NCBI GenBank assembly: GCA_038321865.1
Contig: JBBQFH010000005.1
Coordinates: 1 to 64,000 of the forward strand
Source of the DNA: Gemmatimonadales bacterium
GTDB taxonomy: Bacteria > Gemmatimonadota > Gemmatimonadetes > Gemmatimonadales > GWC2-71-9
DNA length: 64,000 nucleotides
Direction: 5' to 3'
In this document: piece after piece, positions 20,575-29,022 of the stretch
How positions within the stretch are numbered: the first letter of the stretch is position 1
Layout of the letters: each line of letters opens with the position of its first letter
Notes under the pieces: generated by a model
The model's input: the letters and a program-made list of their open reading frames with translations, nothing else
Databases searched by the model: none
What the model was told of the DNA's origin: nothing
Made by a program: the position numbers and the translations under genes

Positions 20575-21753
20575 ATGACCGGGTCAGCACGCAAGTCGGC
20601 GAGAACGTTATCCCTGCTGTTCCTCGTCATCACCGTGCTCCTGCTGCTCCCGCTTCGGCCGGTGCCGGTCATCCCGCGGCATCGGGTGCCGGACGGGACG
20701 ACCACGATGCTCGTGGCGGCGGGCGCGCAATATCGGGGGGACCCGTTTCGCGACTTTCTGCTCGGCGGCAGGTACCGGCGGCTCTGGACCCAGCCGATCA
20801 GCGTGCCGGTCCTCGACCTCCGCCGGTTCGATGGCGGCGTTCGGCCCACCATCGAAGGCGGCGGACGGCAGACGCGAACCCTCCACTTCACCTCCGCCGC
20901 CGGCCGCCACTTCGTCTTCCGCTCCGTCGACAAGGACCTGGCCCACCTGACGCCGCTTGGCTTCAGGCGAAGCCTCCTGGGCAGCATCATCCAGGACCAG
21001 GTCAGCGCATCCTTCCCGGCCGCCGCTCTCGTCGCCGCACCGCTCCAGGCCGCAGCCGGACTTCCCCACCCCGATCCGTCGCTGGCGATCCTGCCGGACG
21101 ACAGCCTGCTCGGCCTGTTTCGGTCCGGCTACGCCGGCATGCTCGGCATCATCCAGGAGAATGCCAGCGACATTCGTATCCCCGGACCGATGTCAGCGGT
21201 CCCGGGCATGCGCGGCACGATCGAGACCCTCGCGCTGCTCGCCTCTCCTCGCCAGCGGATCGACGTGCACGCCTTCCTCACGGCACGCCTCTTCGATGTG
21301 TTCCTCAACGACTGGGACCGGCACGAGGGCCAGTGGCGGTGGGCCGGACACCTGGAGGGCGCCGACACCGTATGGCTACCGATCCCGGTGGATCGGGACC
21401 AGGCGTTCTCGTCCTATGAGGGACTGGTGGACGACATCGCCCGGCTCGGTATCCGGAAGCTGCCGCGGTTCGGCCCCGAGCCCGGCCTGTCCGCCCTCAC
21501 CGTCAACAGCGCCCGACTCGACCGGAGATTGCTCGGGGGACTCTCCGGGCATACCTGGGATTCGACGGCAGCGTGGCTGGCGGCCCGGCTCACCGACTCG
21601 GTGATCGACGACGCCGTTCATCGCATGCCGGATCCCTACTGGCGTCTCTCCGGCACGGCGCTCGCCGCCACGCTGAAACAGCGCCGGGATCGATTGCGCA
21701 GCGTGGCGAAGCAGTTCTACCTGCTGTTGCCTCGAGAGGCCGGGGCTGACTAG
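20575..21753 (+). CDS. Exported hypothetical protein with atypical kinase-like motifs
   Basis: N-terminal TM segment, GGGRQTRTL, FRSVDKD, ARLFDVFLNDWDRHEGQWRW and PIPVDRDQAF. Confidence 0.7.
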   Translation: MTGSARKSARTLSLLFLVITVLLLLPLRPVPVIPRHRVPDGTTTMLVAAGAQYRGDPFRDFLLGGRYRRLWTQPISVPVLDLRRFDGGVRPTIEGGGRQTRTLHFTSAAGRHFVFRSVDKDLAHLTPLGFRRSLLGSIIQDQVSASFPAAALVAAPLQAAAGLPHPDPSLAILPDDSLLGLFRSGYAGMLGIIQENASDIRIPGPMSAVPGMRGTIETLALLASPRQRIDVHAFLTARLFDVFLNDWDRHEGQWRWAGHLEGADTVWLPIPVDRDQAFSSYEGLVDDIARLGIRKLPRFGPEPGLSALTVNSARLDRRLLGGLSGHTWDSTAAWLAARLTDSVIDDAVHRMPDPYWRLSGTALAATLKQRRDRLRSVAKQFYLLLPREAGAD

Positions 21754-21785
21754 GGATTGCCCACAACTCACCGACGGGAGCTCAG

Positions 21786-22721
21786 ATGCGTGAAGGATCG
21801 TTCGGCCATCTCACCACGGCACTCGCGTGGCTGGCGCTGTGCGGTGCCTGCGCCCGCCCATCGGCGACGACCCCTGCCGCCCCCTCGGAGGACGGCCGCG
21901 TCGCCGTGGCGGAGCTGCTCGCCGCCGACCGGGCCTACGCGGCAGCGAGCTCGCGCACCGACCCCGGCGCCGGTCTCGCGCCGATGTTCGCCGACGGGGC
22001 GGTGATGCCCGCACCGGGCCATTTCGCCGAGGGGCGCGCCGCCATCATGGCGCTGCTGGCCGGCGCCCCCGACACCGCCGGCACTCGTATTGACTGGACG
22101 CCCGTGCGCGGGGGCATCTCCGCCGACGGGCAGCAGGGCTTCACGCTGGGCTACGCGACCGCGCGCCGCACCGACGGAACGTCGGCCCCGTTCAAGTATC
22201 TCGCCTACTGGGTGAAGTCGTCCGGTGGATGGCACATCGTGGCGTATCGACGCGGGCGCCGGCCCGGCGGAGACACCCCGGTCGCGCCGATGGCGCCGTC
22301 GGTGCCGCTCCGCATGGTGCGCCCGACGGCCGACTCCGCCCTGGTGCGCGCCTTCCGCTCCAGCCTGGACAGCGCCGAGCGGGCGTTCTCCCGCGATGCG
22401 CAGACGATGGGCCTGGGACCCGCGTTCGCCCGCTACGGCCGGCCGGACGCAGTGAACATGGGCGGCGCCCGCCGCGATGCCTTCGTCGTCGGTGCCGACT
22501 CGATCGCGGCCGTCGTCTCGGCCGGCGATCCCCCGGGCGGCAGCCGCGTGTCGTGGGCCCCCGACCGTGTCATCGTCGCGTCGAGCGGCGACCTCGGCGT
22601 CACCATCGGCATGATCCGGGTCAATCAGCCGGACTCGGCCGGCGTCCGTGCCGCATTTCCGTTCTTCACCGTCTGGCGGCGGGACGGTGTCGGGCAGCCG
22701 TGGCGCTACATCGCCGAGTGA
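21786..22721 (+). CDS. Tandem DUF4440/NTF2-like domain lipoprotein
   Basis: Two related units (LLAADRAYA...IDWTP...GFTLG; LDSAERAFS...VSWAP...SGDLGVTIG...FTVWRR). Lipobox CGAC. Confidence 0.75.
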   Translation: MREGSFGHLTTALAWLALCGACARPSATTPAAPSEDGRVAVAELLAADRAYAAASSRTDPGAGLAPMFADGAVMPAPGHFAEGRAAIMALLAGAPDTAGTRIDWTPVRGGISADGQQGFTLGYATARRTDGTSAPFKYLAYWVKSSGGWHIVAYRRGRRPGGDTPVAPMAPSVPLRMVRPTADSALVRAFRSSLDSAERAFSRDAQTMGLGPAFARYGRPDAVNMGGARRDAFVVGADSIAAVVSAGDPPGGSRVSWAPDRVIVASSGDLGVTIGMIRVNQPDSAGVRAAFPFFTVWRRDGVGQPWRYIAE

Positions 22722-22765
22722 ATCCGGTTACTCGATGAGCTTCGAATCCGAGCCGGCGCTGAGCG

Positions 22766-24859
22766 CTACCCCAGCATCACTCTCGCGTCCGCCGCCACGG
22801 CTCCCGACGGCATCGCGATCAGCGGATTGATGTCGAGCTCGGCGATCTCCGGGAAGTCCCTCACCAGCTTCCCCACGCGAAGCAGCACGTTCTCCACGGC
22901 GATCCGGTCGGCCGCGGCCGTGCCGCGCACCGCATCGAGCAGCGAGGCGGCGCGGATCTCCCCCATCATCCGCTTCGCGTCGTCTCGGCCGAACGGCGCA
23001 ATCCGGAAGGTCACGTCGCGCAGCACCTCCACCAGCACGCCGCCGAGCCCGTACATCACCAGCGGGCCGAACAGCGGGTCGCGCGTCATCCCCACGATCA
23101 GCTCGCGGCCGGTCTGCACCATCGGCTGCACCAGTACGCCCGAGATGAGCGCATCGGGACGGGCGGTGCGCGCTCCCTCGACGATCCGGTAGTATGCGCG
23201 CCGCACCTCCTCAGCGTCGGCCAGGTTGACGTGGACGCCGCCGACGTCCGACTTATGGAGGATGGCCGGCGCCACGATCTTGAGCACCACCGGATAGCCC
23301 ATCCGCGACGCGATCTCCGCCGCCTGGTCGGCGCAGACCGCGAGCTCCCCGCGCGCCACCGGAATCCCGTAGGCCTCCAGCAGCTCGAGTGCCTCCGCCT
23401 CCGCGAGCCGGGTGTGGCCGGCGGCCCGCGCAGCGGCGATCAGGCGCCGCGCCACCGCGTCGTTGACCGCCAACAGCTCCGGCACCGCCGCTGGGCGGTC
23501 ACGCCACTCGCGCCAGCGGCACATCGCCGCCAGCGCCCGCGCGGCCGACTCGGGAAAGATGTAGGCCGGCACCTTCGCCGCATGCAGCGTCGCCTTCCCC
23601 TGGGGCAGTCCCTTGTGTCCCATCAGCACGCCGAACACCGTCTTCTCCGGATGCGCTTCCGCCACCGACGCGATGGCGAGGCTCACGTCTTCCTGGGTGA
23701 CGCCGAGCGGCGGGACGAAGATCGCGAGGGCACCGTCCACGTTCGGGTCGTCGAGCAGCGTACCGAGGGCGGCTCGGTAGCCCTTTGGCGTGGCGGACGC
23801 GATCATGTCGAGCGGATTCCGGATGGACGCCTCCGCCGGGAAGAGCGGCGCCAGGCGGGCCACCGTCTCCGGCACGAGCTCGGGCAGCTCGAGCCCGTAC
23901 GCCTCGCAGGCATCGGCCGCGAGGATGCCGGGGCCGCCGGCATTAGTGACGACCGCGATCCGGCGCGAGGCCGGCGGCCGCTGCACCGAGAACGCCATCG
24001 CCAGGTCGAACAGCTCCTCCATGGTGCCGGCGCGAAGGACGCCGGCCTGCGCCAGCAGCGCGTCTACCGCTACGTCGCTCGCCGCGAGGGCGCCGGTGTG
24101 CGACGACGCTGCGCGGGCGCCGGCCCGCGAGCGGCCCGACTTGACCACGATGATCGGCTTCCGCCTGGTGATGCGCGAGGCGATCTCGAGGAAGGTCGCG
24201 GGGTTGCCGAAGTTCTCGACGTACATGAGGATTGTCTCGACGTCGGGATCGTCCTCCCAGGCGAGCAGGAGGTCGTTGCCGCTCACGTCCGGCTTGTTGC
24301 CGATGGAGACGAACTGCGAGATCCCGATCCCGTACTCCCGCGCGTAGTCCAGCACCGACAGCCCCATCGCACCCGACTGCGACACAAAGCCCACCTTGCC
24401 GTAGGGCGGCAGGTGCGGCGCGAAGGTGCCGTTCATCGAGATGACCGGATTGGCGTTCAGGACGCCCATGCAGTTGGGCCCGAGCATCCGCATCCCGTGC
24501 GCGCGGACGAACGCGGTGAGCCTCCTTTCCCGTTCAGCGCCCTCAGCGCTCACCTCACGGAAGCCGGCCGAGATGACGACGAGACCCTTGACGCCCTTGC
24601 GGGCGCAGGCCTCGACGACCTCCTGCACCAGGTCGCGGGGCACCACGATGATCGCCTGGTCGATCGGGGCGGGAATGGACTCGATGTCGGGATAGGCGGG
24701 GATCGAGCAGATGGCGGATGCCTTCGGGTTGACCGGATAGACACCGCCGGTGAACCCGCAGCGCACCAGGCTCGCCACGATCTCGTGGCCGATGGTGCCC
24801 GCGGTGCGGGAAGCGCCAATCACGGCGATGCTCGCGGGGGCGAGTATGGCGTTCAGCAT
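22766..24859 (-). CDS. Acetate--CoA ligase (ADP-forming) family protein, fused CoA-binding + ATP-grasp
   Basis: IAVIGAS, LGPNCMG, SQSGAMG, SHTGALA (active His), TNAGGPG, HKSDVGGV and ELDINPL. ATG start at 24859. Confidence 0.92.
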   Translation of the reverse strand: MLNAILAPASIAVIGASRTAGTIGHEIVASLVRCGFTGGVYPVNPKASAICSIPAYPDIESIPAPIDQAIIVVPRDLVQEVVEACARKGVKGLVVISAGFREVSAEGAERERRLTAFVRAHGMRMLGPNCMGVLNANPVISMNGTFAPHLPPYGKVGFVSQSGAMGLSVLDYAREYGIGISQFVSIGNKPDVSGNDLLLAWEDDPDVETILMYVENFGNPATFLEIASRITRRKPIIVVKSGRSRAGARAASSHTGALAASDVAVDALLAQAGVLRAGTMEELFDLAMAFSVQRPPASRRIAVVTNAGGPGILAADACEAYGLELPELVPETVARLAPLFPAEASIRNPLDMIASATPKGYRAALGTLLDDPNVDGALAIFVPPLGVTQEDVSLAIASVAEAHPEKTVFGVLMGHKGLPQGKATLHAAKVPAYIFPESAARALAAMCRWREWRDRPAAVPELLAVNDAVARRLIAAARAAGHTRLAEAEALELLEAYGIPVARGELAVCADQAAEIASRMGYPVVLKIVAPAILHKSDVGGVHVNLADAEEVRRAYYRIVEGARTARPDALISGVLVQPMVQTGRELIVGMTRDPLFGPLVMYGLGGVLVEVLRDVTFRIAPFGRDDAKRMMGEIRAASLLDAVRGTAAADRIAVENVLLRVGKLVRDFPEIAELDINPLIAMPSGAVAADARVMLG

Positions 24860-24938
24860 GGGTGTACCCTCGAAGCCGTTGCCTGCAACGGTGGCCGCGA
24901 GGGGGTGAAACCGGAGGGAAGTGAGTGTGATGAAGCCT

Positions 24939-25424
24939 TCATGCGCGGCCGACGTCGGCCGCCCGCGCCACCCGGCTGATCGTCGCGCGCGCACTGCGCT
25001 GAACCCAGCTGCCGCCGACGAGCGTGATCAGCACCGTCGGCACCGCGACCCCGGGAAGGAAGGAAGCGCCGGGGATCCGGACCCCCGCTTCCGCGCCGGC
25101 CGCCGCGCACAGTCCGACGTACGACCACCCCATGAAGTAGTAGTGATAGCGAATCCAGGTATTCCTGGGCCGCCGGAGAAATGCGGAACTGAATCCCGTG
25201 AGCAGCACCGTCAGGTTCACGACCGCGAGCGCATGGAACACGCCGAACGTGCCGTCGCCGCGATAGATCGTCAGGGCGGTCACATTGACGCTGAACGAGC
25301 TCAGGACGTACAGCATGCCCACGGCCCGGTGCGCTTCGGTTCCCTTCGGGCGGCTCAGTACCCAGCCGCCGAGGACAAGCGCTGCCAGCGCGAACGCGGC
25401 ATGGGCCACTCCGTCTGCCTGCAT
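24939..25424 (-). CDS. DUF2306-like membrane protein
   Basis: H...PKGTEAHRAVGMLYV, FHAL and HYYFMGWSYVGL; several TM helices. Confidence 0.7.
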   Translation of the reverse strand: MQADGVAHAAFALAALVLGGWVLSRPKGTEAHRAVGMLYVLSSFSVNVTALTIYRGDGTFGVFHALAVVNLTVLLTGFSSAFLRRPRNTWIRYHYYFMGWSYVGLCAAAGAEAGVRIPGASFLPGVAVPTVLITLVGGSWVQRSARATISRVARAADVGRA

Positions 25425-25504
25425 TCGTCTCGCCTCGATCTTCTGTCTGCGTGGGGTTCACGACCCTGCATCATACTGCAGCCACTTCAAAGTCGCGCTG
25501 CCCG

Positions 25505-25714
25505 CCGGCAACTTCGTCCGTCGGTGCTGCAGCTTCGTCCCTTGGCGCTGCAGCTTCGTCCCTCGGTGCTGCAGTTTCGTCCGGTAGCGCTGCAGTTTCG
25601 TCCCGCGGTGCTGCAACTGCGTCCGTCGGTCCTGCAGCTTCGTCCCGCGGTGTCGTAGCTTCGTCCCGCGGTATCGCAGCTGCGCCCGTGGCTGCTGCAG
25701 TCAGGCGCCGCAGC
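25505..25714. repeat. Degenerate 21-bp tandem repeat, about 10 copies, consensus GCTGCAGCTTCGTCCCGCGGT
   Basis: Units start at 25505, 25526, 25547, 25568, 25589, 25610, 25631, 25652, 25673 and 25694. They abut directly, with no spacers. Confidence 0.9.
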
Positions 25715-25939
25715 GCCACAGATTCGTCCGTCAGCGTCAATCGAAGCTTCGACGCGGCGTTTGCGCGGCGCCGCAGCATGTTCAGTCGGCTCCGCGGTTC
25801 GGTGCGGCCATGCCGCTCTGCATTTCGGCGGCCCGGCTGGGCATTCGGGCCGTGCCGGCGGAGATTTTACAGGCGCCGCCCGGCATTTGCGGGCCGTCGG
25901 CAGGTGTTTCGGGAACGCCGTGCCACCGTGCGAGCGCGC

Positions 25940-25968
25940 TTGACCGCCCCAGCGGCGAGCCGTAACGT
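25940..25968 (+). promoter_or_regulatory. Putative sigma70 promoter
   Basis: TTGACC-17 bp-TAACGT. Confidence 0.45.
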
Positions 25969-26077
25969 CGAACGATGATCCCTGCCGGTCGCAACGTCAT
26001 TCCGCCCGGTTTTCTGGTCTTCCCGTCTGCCTCGGCGGAGGTGGAGAGGTTGAAGTGTTTCAGGAAGGAGATTGACC

Positions 26078-26638
26078 GTGGATAGCGCGTCACCGAGGAC
26101 CCACGAGTGCGTCGTCCGCGGCTTCGCGACGACCGTGATCAACACCCGCACCGACATCGACACCGCCGACGTCATCGCCCGCCTGGACGGGGCGCTGGCG
26201 CTGATCGAGCAGTACGTCCCGCACCACTACCGCCGCTTCTGCCGCGACTTCAGCGGCTTTCTGGTCGAGCGGCGCGCCTACCGCGGCGCCTTCCTGGTGC
26301 AGAGCCGCGCCTGCATGGTCGAGCTCACCTTCGTGGTGAACCGCTCGTTCACGCTGGCGCAGGTGGCGGCGACGATCCTGCACGAGGCGATGCACGCCCG
26401 CCTCTATGCCTGCGGAGTGGCCACCGGCGCCGGAGAGTCCCACCGCCAGGAGCGGTTCTGCCGGCGGGCCGAGATCGAGTTCGGCAGGCTGGTGCCCGGC
26501 GGGGAGCCGGTGGTGCGGCGCGCGCTCGACGCGCTCGCGCTGTCGGATGAGGATGTGGCGCCGGTGGTCGACAACGCCCTCGCCGCCCGGCGCATCGCCG
26601 AAGTCGACTCCCGGGCGGGACCGCGCGCAAGCCACTAG
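26078..26638 (+). CDS. Hypothetical protein with HExxH zinc-metallopeptidase-like motif
   Basis: AAGGAG RBS before the GTG. ATILHEAMHARL followed by downstream Glu (QERFC, AEIEF). Confidence 0.7.
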   Translation: MDSASPRTHECVVRGFATTVINTRTDIDTADVIARLDGALALIEQYVPHHYRRFCRDFSGFLVERRAYRGAFLVQSRACMVELTFVVNRSFTLAQVAATILHEAMHARLYACGVATGAGESHRQERFCRRAEIEFGRLVPGGEPVVRRALDALALSDEDVAPVVDNALAARRIAEVDSRAGPRASH

Positions 26639-26706
26639 CGCCCCTGCAGCCCGGAGTGCACCTTGCCCTCGTCCCTCCGAAGCCTTCTCCCACCTTGGAT
26701 GTGACC

Positions 26707-27330
26707 ATGCCACAGATGCCGAGGCGGCCCCGTGTGCAGCGGTTCATGCGCGCCGTGGTGGCGCTGGCGATGACGACGGTGGCCGCCGGTGCGGCGGACG
26801 CGCAGGCCGGGCCGGGAAACGAACAGGCACTGCCGGCAAATCTCGTCGCCACGCGGGCGGCGCTCGAGAAGTACCAGGATCCGGTCGCCGCGGTGCGCGA
26901 TGGTTACCTCTCGACGCTGGGCTGCGTTGATTATCCAAAGGGCGGCGGCATGGGCGAAATGGCCTACAAGCCGGGCGGAATGGGCGTGCACTTCATCAAT
27001 ACCGCGCTCGTTGGTCCGACACTCGACTCACTGAAGCCGCAAGTGCTGATCTACGAGCCGGTCGGCGATCGCCTTCGGCTTGTTGCGGCCGAGTGGTTTG
27101 TCCCGGCCGCACTCGCGAAGGACGCACCCGTGATCTTCGGCACCAGGCTGGGCGGCCCGATGGAGGGCCACGCTCCTGTCATGCCGGCTGAGCTGCACCA
27201 CTGGGATCTGCACGTGTGGCTGTGGAAAGCCAATCCGAACGGCTTGATGGACCCGACGAATTCAACCATAAAGTGTCCCGAGAACCCGTACACTTTTCAT
27301 GAACGGGCCGTCCGCATGGTGGCGCCTTAG
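26707..27330 (+). CDS. Secreted hypothetical protein with conserved-looking His motifs
   Basis: Signal peptide (AADA-Q), GGMGVHFIN, LIYEP, MEGH and HHWDLHVWLWKANPNG. Start uncertain (26707 or 26746). Confidence 0.75.
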   Translation: MPQMPRRPRVQRFMRAVVALAMTTVAAGAADAQAGPGNEQALPANLVATRAALEKYQDPVAAVRDGYLSTLGCVDYPKGGGMGEMAYKPGGMGVHFINTALVGPTLDSLKPQVLIYEPVGDRLRLVAAEWFVPAALAKDAPVIFGTRLGGPMEGHAPVMPAELHHWDLHVWLWKANPNGLMDPTNSTIKCPENPYTFHERAVRMVAP

Positions 27331-27373
27331 CGGCAGGTCGCCGAAGCCGACTCCCGTCCGTGGGACGCGAAAC

Positions 27374-27739
27374 ATGACCGTCAAGCCCGCAGTCTGGCAT
27401 CCGATCAGCATCGCGCTCAGCGCCATCAACCTCGTGGGGCTCGGCCTCGCGGCCGGCGCGACCGAGCCGCTGCACGCCGGTGTCCACGCGGTACTGGCGC
27501 TGGCCTTCGGCGCCGGGGCGTGGCGCCTGCGGCGCGGACCCGGTGGTCTCGACGAGCTGGCCGGCCTGAACGCGGTCGACGCCGAGATCGAGAGCCTCCG
27601 GCAGGAGCTGATCGAGACCCAGGAGCGCCTCGACTTCGCGGAACGGGTCCTGGCGCAGCGGGTGGAGGTTCCGCGCGTGGAGACGAGCGACGCGTATCCG
27701 CCGGGCGCCCTGCAACCACCAGCGAAGGACCCCCCATGA
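27374..27739 (+). CDS. Small membrane protein with C-terminal coiled coil
   Basis: Two TM segments followed by LRQELIETQERLDFAERVLAQR. Confidence 0.7.
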   Translation: MTVKPAVWHPISIALSAINLVGLGLAAGATEPLHAGVHAVLALAFGAGAWRLRRGPGGLDELAGLNAVDAEIESLRQELIETQERLDFAERVLAQRVEVPRVETSDAYPPGALQPPAKDPP

Positions 27740-28344
27740 TTCGCCGCCTGCCTCTGATACTCGCACTCGCCGTCGTCACCGCACCGCTGACGGCACAAAC
27801 GCCGGCATCCGTGCCGCGTGCGATCCAGCTGCCTGACACGATGGGCGCGAACTTCCCGGCCGCGGACACGCTCACCGCAACGAGCGGAGCCGCCGACTAC
27901 GATTTCCTCGTCGGCACCTGGCGCTTCACCTTTCAGGCGCGGAGCCGTGATGGTGCCTTCACCCCTCCCTTCACTGGGCACTGGGTCTTCACGAAGAAGC
28001 AGACCGGCGGCCAGGGCGTGCTGCTGGAAGACCACTGGCGGCCGGACGACCCGAGCTCGACCTGGGAAGCCGGCACCTGGACCTATCGCGCCTGGAATCC
28101 CGCGCGCAGGCTCTGGGAGATGGAGGGGATCAACACCGCGCGCGGCGCGTGGCAGCCGGGGCTCATGTGGACCGCCGGCGACAGCAGGCTGCTCATCGAA
28201 TGGTATGGACCGATGCTGGTCCGGTTTCGCTACTTCGCCATCCAGCCGGAGAGGTTTCTCTGGCGCGCCGACGCGACATTCGATCGCGGCAAGACGTGGA
28301 TCAGGGATTACTGGACGATGGAGGCGCAGCGGGTGTCGCGATGA
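27736..28344 (+). CDS. Secreted hypothetical protein (DUF1579-like beta-barrel)
   Basis: Signal peptide, DYDFLVGTW, RAWNPARRLW and DRGKTW. ATGA overlap with the upstream gene. Confidence 0.7.
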   Translation: MIRRLPLILALAVVTAPLTAQTPASVPRAIQLPDTMGANFPAADTLTATSGAADYDFLVGTWRFTFQARSRDGAFTPPFTGHWVFTKKQTGGQGVLLEDHWRPDDPSSTWEAGTWTYRAWNPARRLWEMEGINTARGAWQPGLMWTAGDSRLLIEWYGPMLVRFRYFAIQPERFLWRADATFDRGKTWIRDYWTMEAQRVSR

Positions 28345-28373
28345 CGCGCCCGGAGCAGTAGGCGAATCGGTGC

Positions 28374-28416
28374 TTGACGCGGCGCCATTCGCCATGATAC
28401 TTTGTGATGCAAAGCA
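28374..28416 (+). promoter_or_regulatory. Putative sigma70 promoter with overlapping inverted-repeat operator
   Basis: TTGACG-16 bp-GATACT, plus CTTTG-N5-CAAAG at 28400-28414, in an AT-richer patch. Confidence 0.5.
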
Positions 28417-28452
28417 CTTCGCTTTGACACCCCACGGGGACCGGGCGCCATA

Positions 28453-29019
28453 ATGACCGACGACAGAAGCCGAACACTGCGGGCCGTGCTCCGGACCGCG
28501 GCGCTCTGGAGCGTGGCCTGGGGGATTGCCGGCGGCGCGATCGTGGCCACCTTGAGCCTTTTCGATCCCGGTCCGGGGGTCGAGTCACTGTCGGAGCGCC
28601 TGGGACTGGCCGTGCTGGCCGGTGTCTCCTGGGGTGTGCGGTTCGCCATCGCCGGGGCCGTGATCGGAACCGTTTTCTCCACGGTCATCCGATTCGGCTA
28701 CCGGGGCCGGCGGCTGGCGGACATCAAGCCCGTGCGCTTCGCGCTCCTGGGAGCGGTCGTCGGCGGCGTCGGCGTCCCCCTTTTCCTCCAGGCGATGAAC
28801 GTGCTGGCGGACGGCAGGCCGATCGCCTGGGGCCTCGTCACCGACGATAGCGTTTGGGCGTCGGTGTTCGGCGCGGTCGTCGCCGCCGGATCGATCATGC
28901 TGGCGCGCCGGGCAGATGCGCTGCATCCCGTACCGCATCACGAGGCACTCGAACACGGCGACGACCTGAGCGCCACGTCGGCCGCCACCCGATCGAAGTC
29001 GTCGATCGAGCAGCGCTGA
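28453..29019 (+). CDS. Hypothetical membrane protein
   Basis: Four Gly-rich hydrophobic helices. Confidence 0.75.
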   Translation: MTDDRSRTLRAVLRTAALWSVAWGIAGGAIVATLSLFDPGPGVESLSERLGLAVLAGVSWGVRFAIAGAVIGTVFSTVIRFGYRGRRLADIKPVRFALLGAVVGGVGVPLFLQAMNVLADGRPIAWGLVTDDSVWASVFGAVVAAGSIMLARRADALHPVPHHEALEHGDDLSATSAATRSKSSIEQR

Positions 29020-29022
29020 CCG

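Noticed and set aside
25505..25714. Possible CRISPR array
   Set aside because: The repeats abut with no unique spacers, are degenerate, and no cas genes are present.
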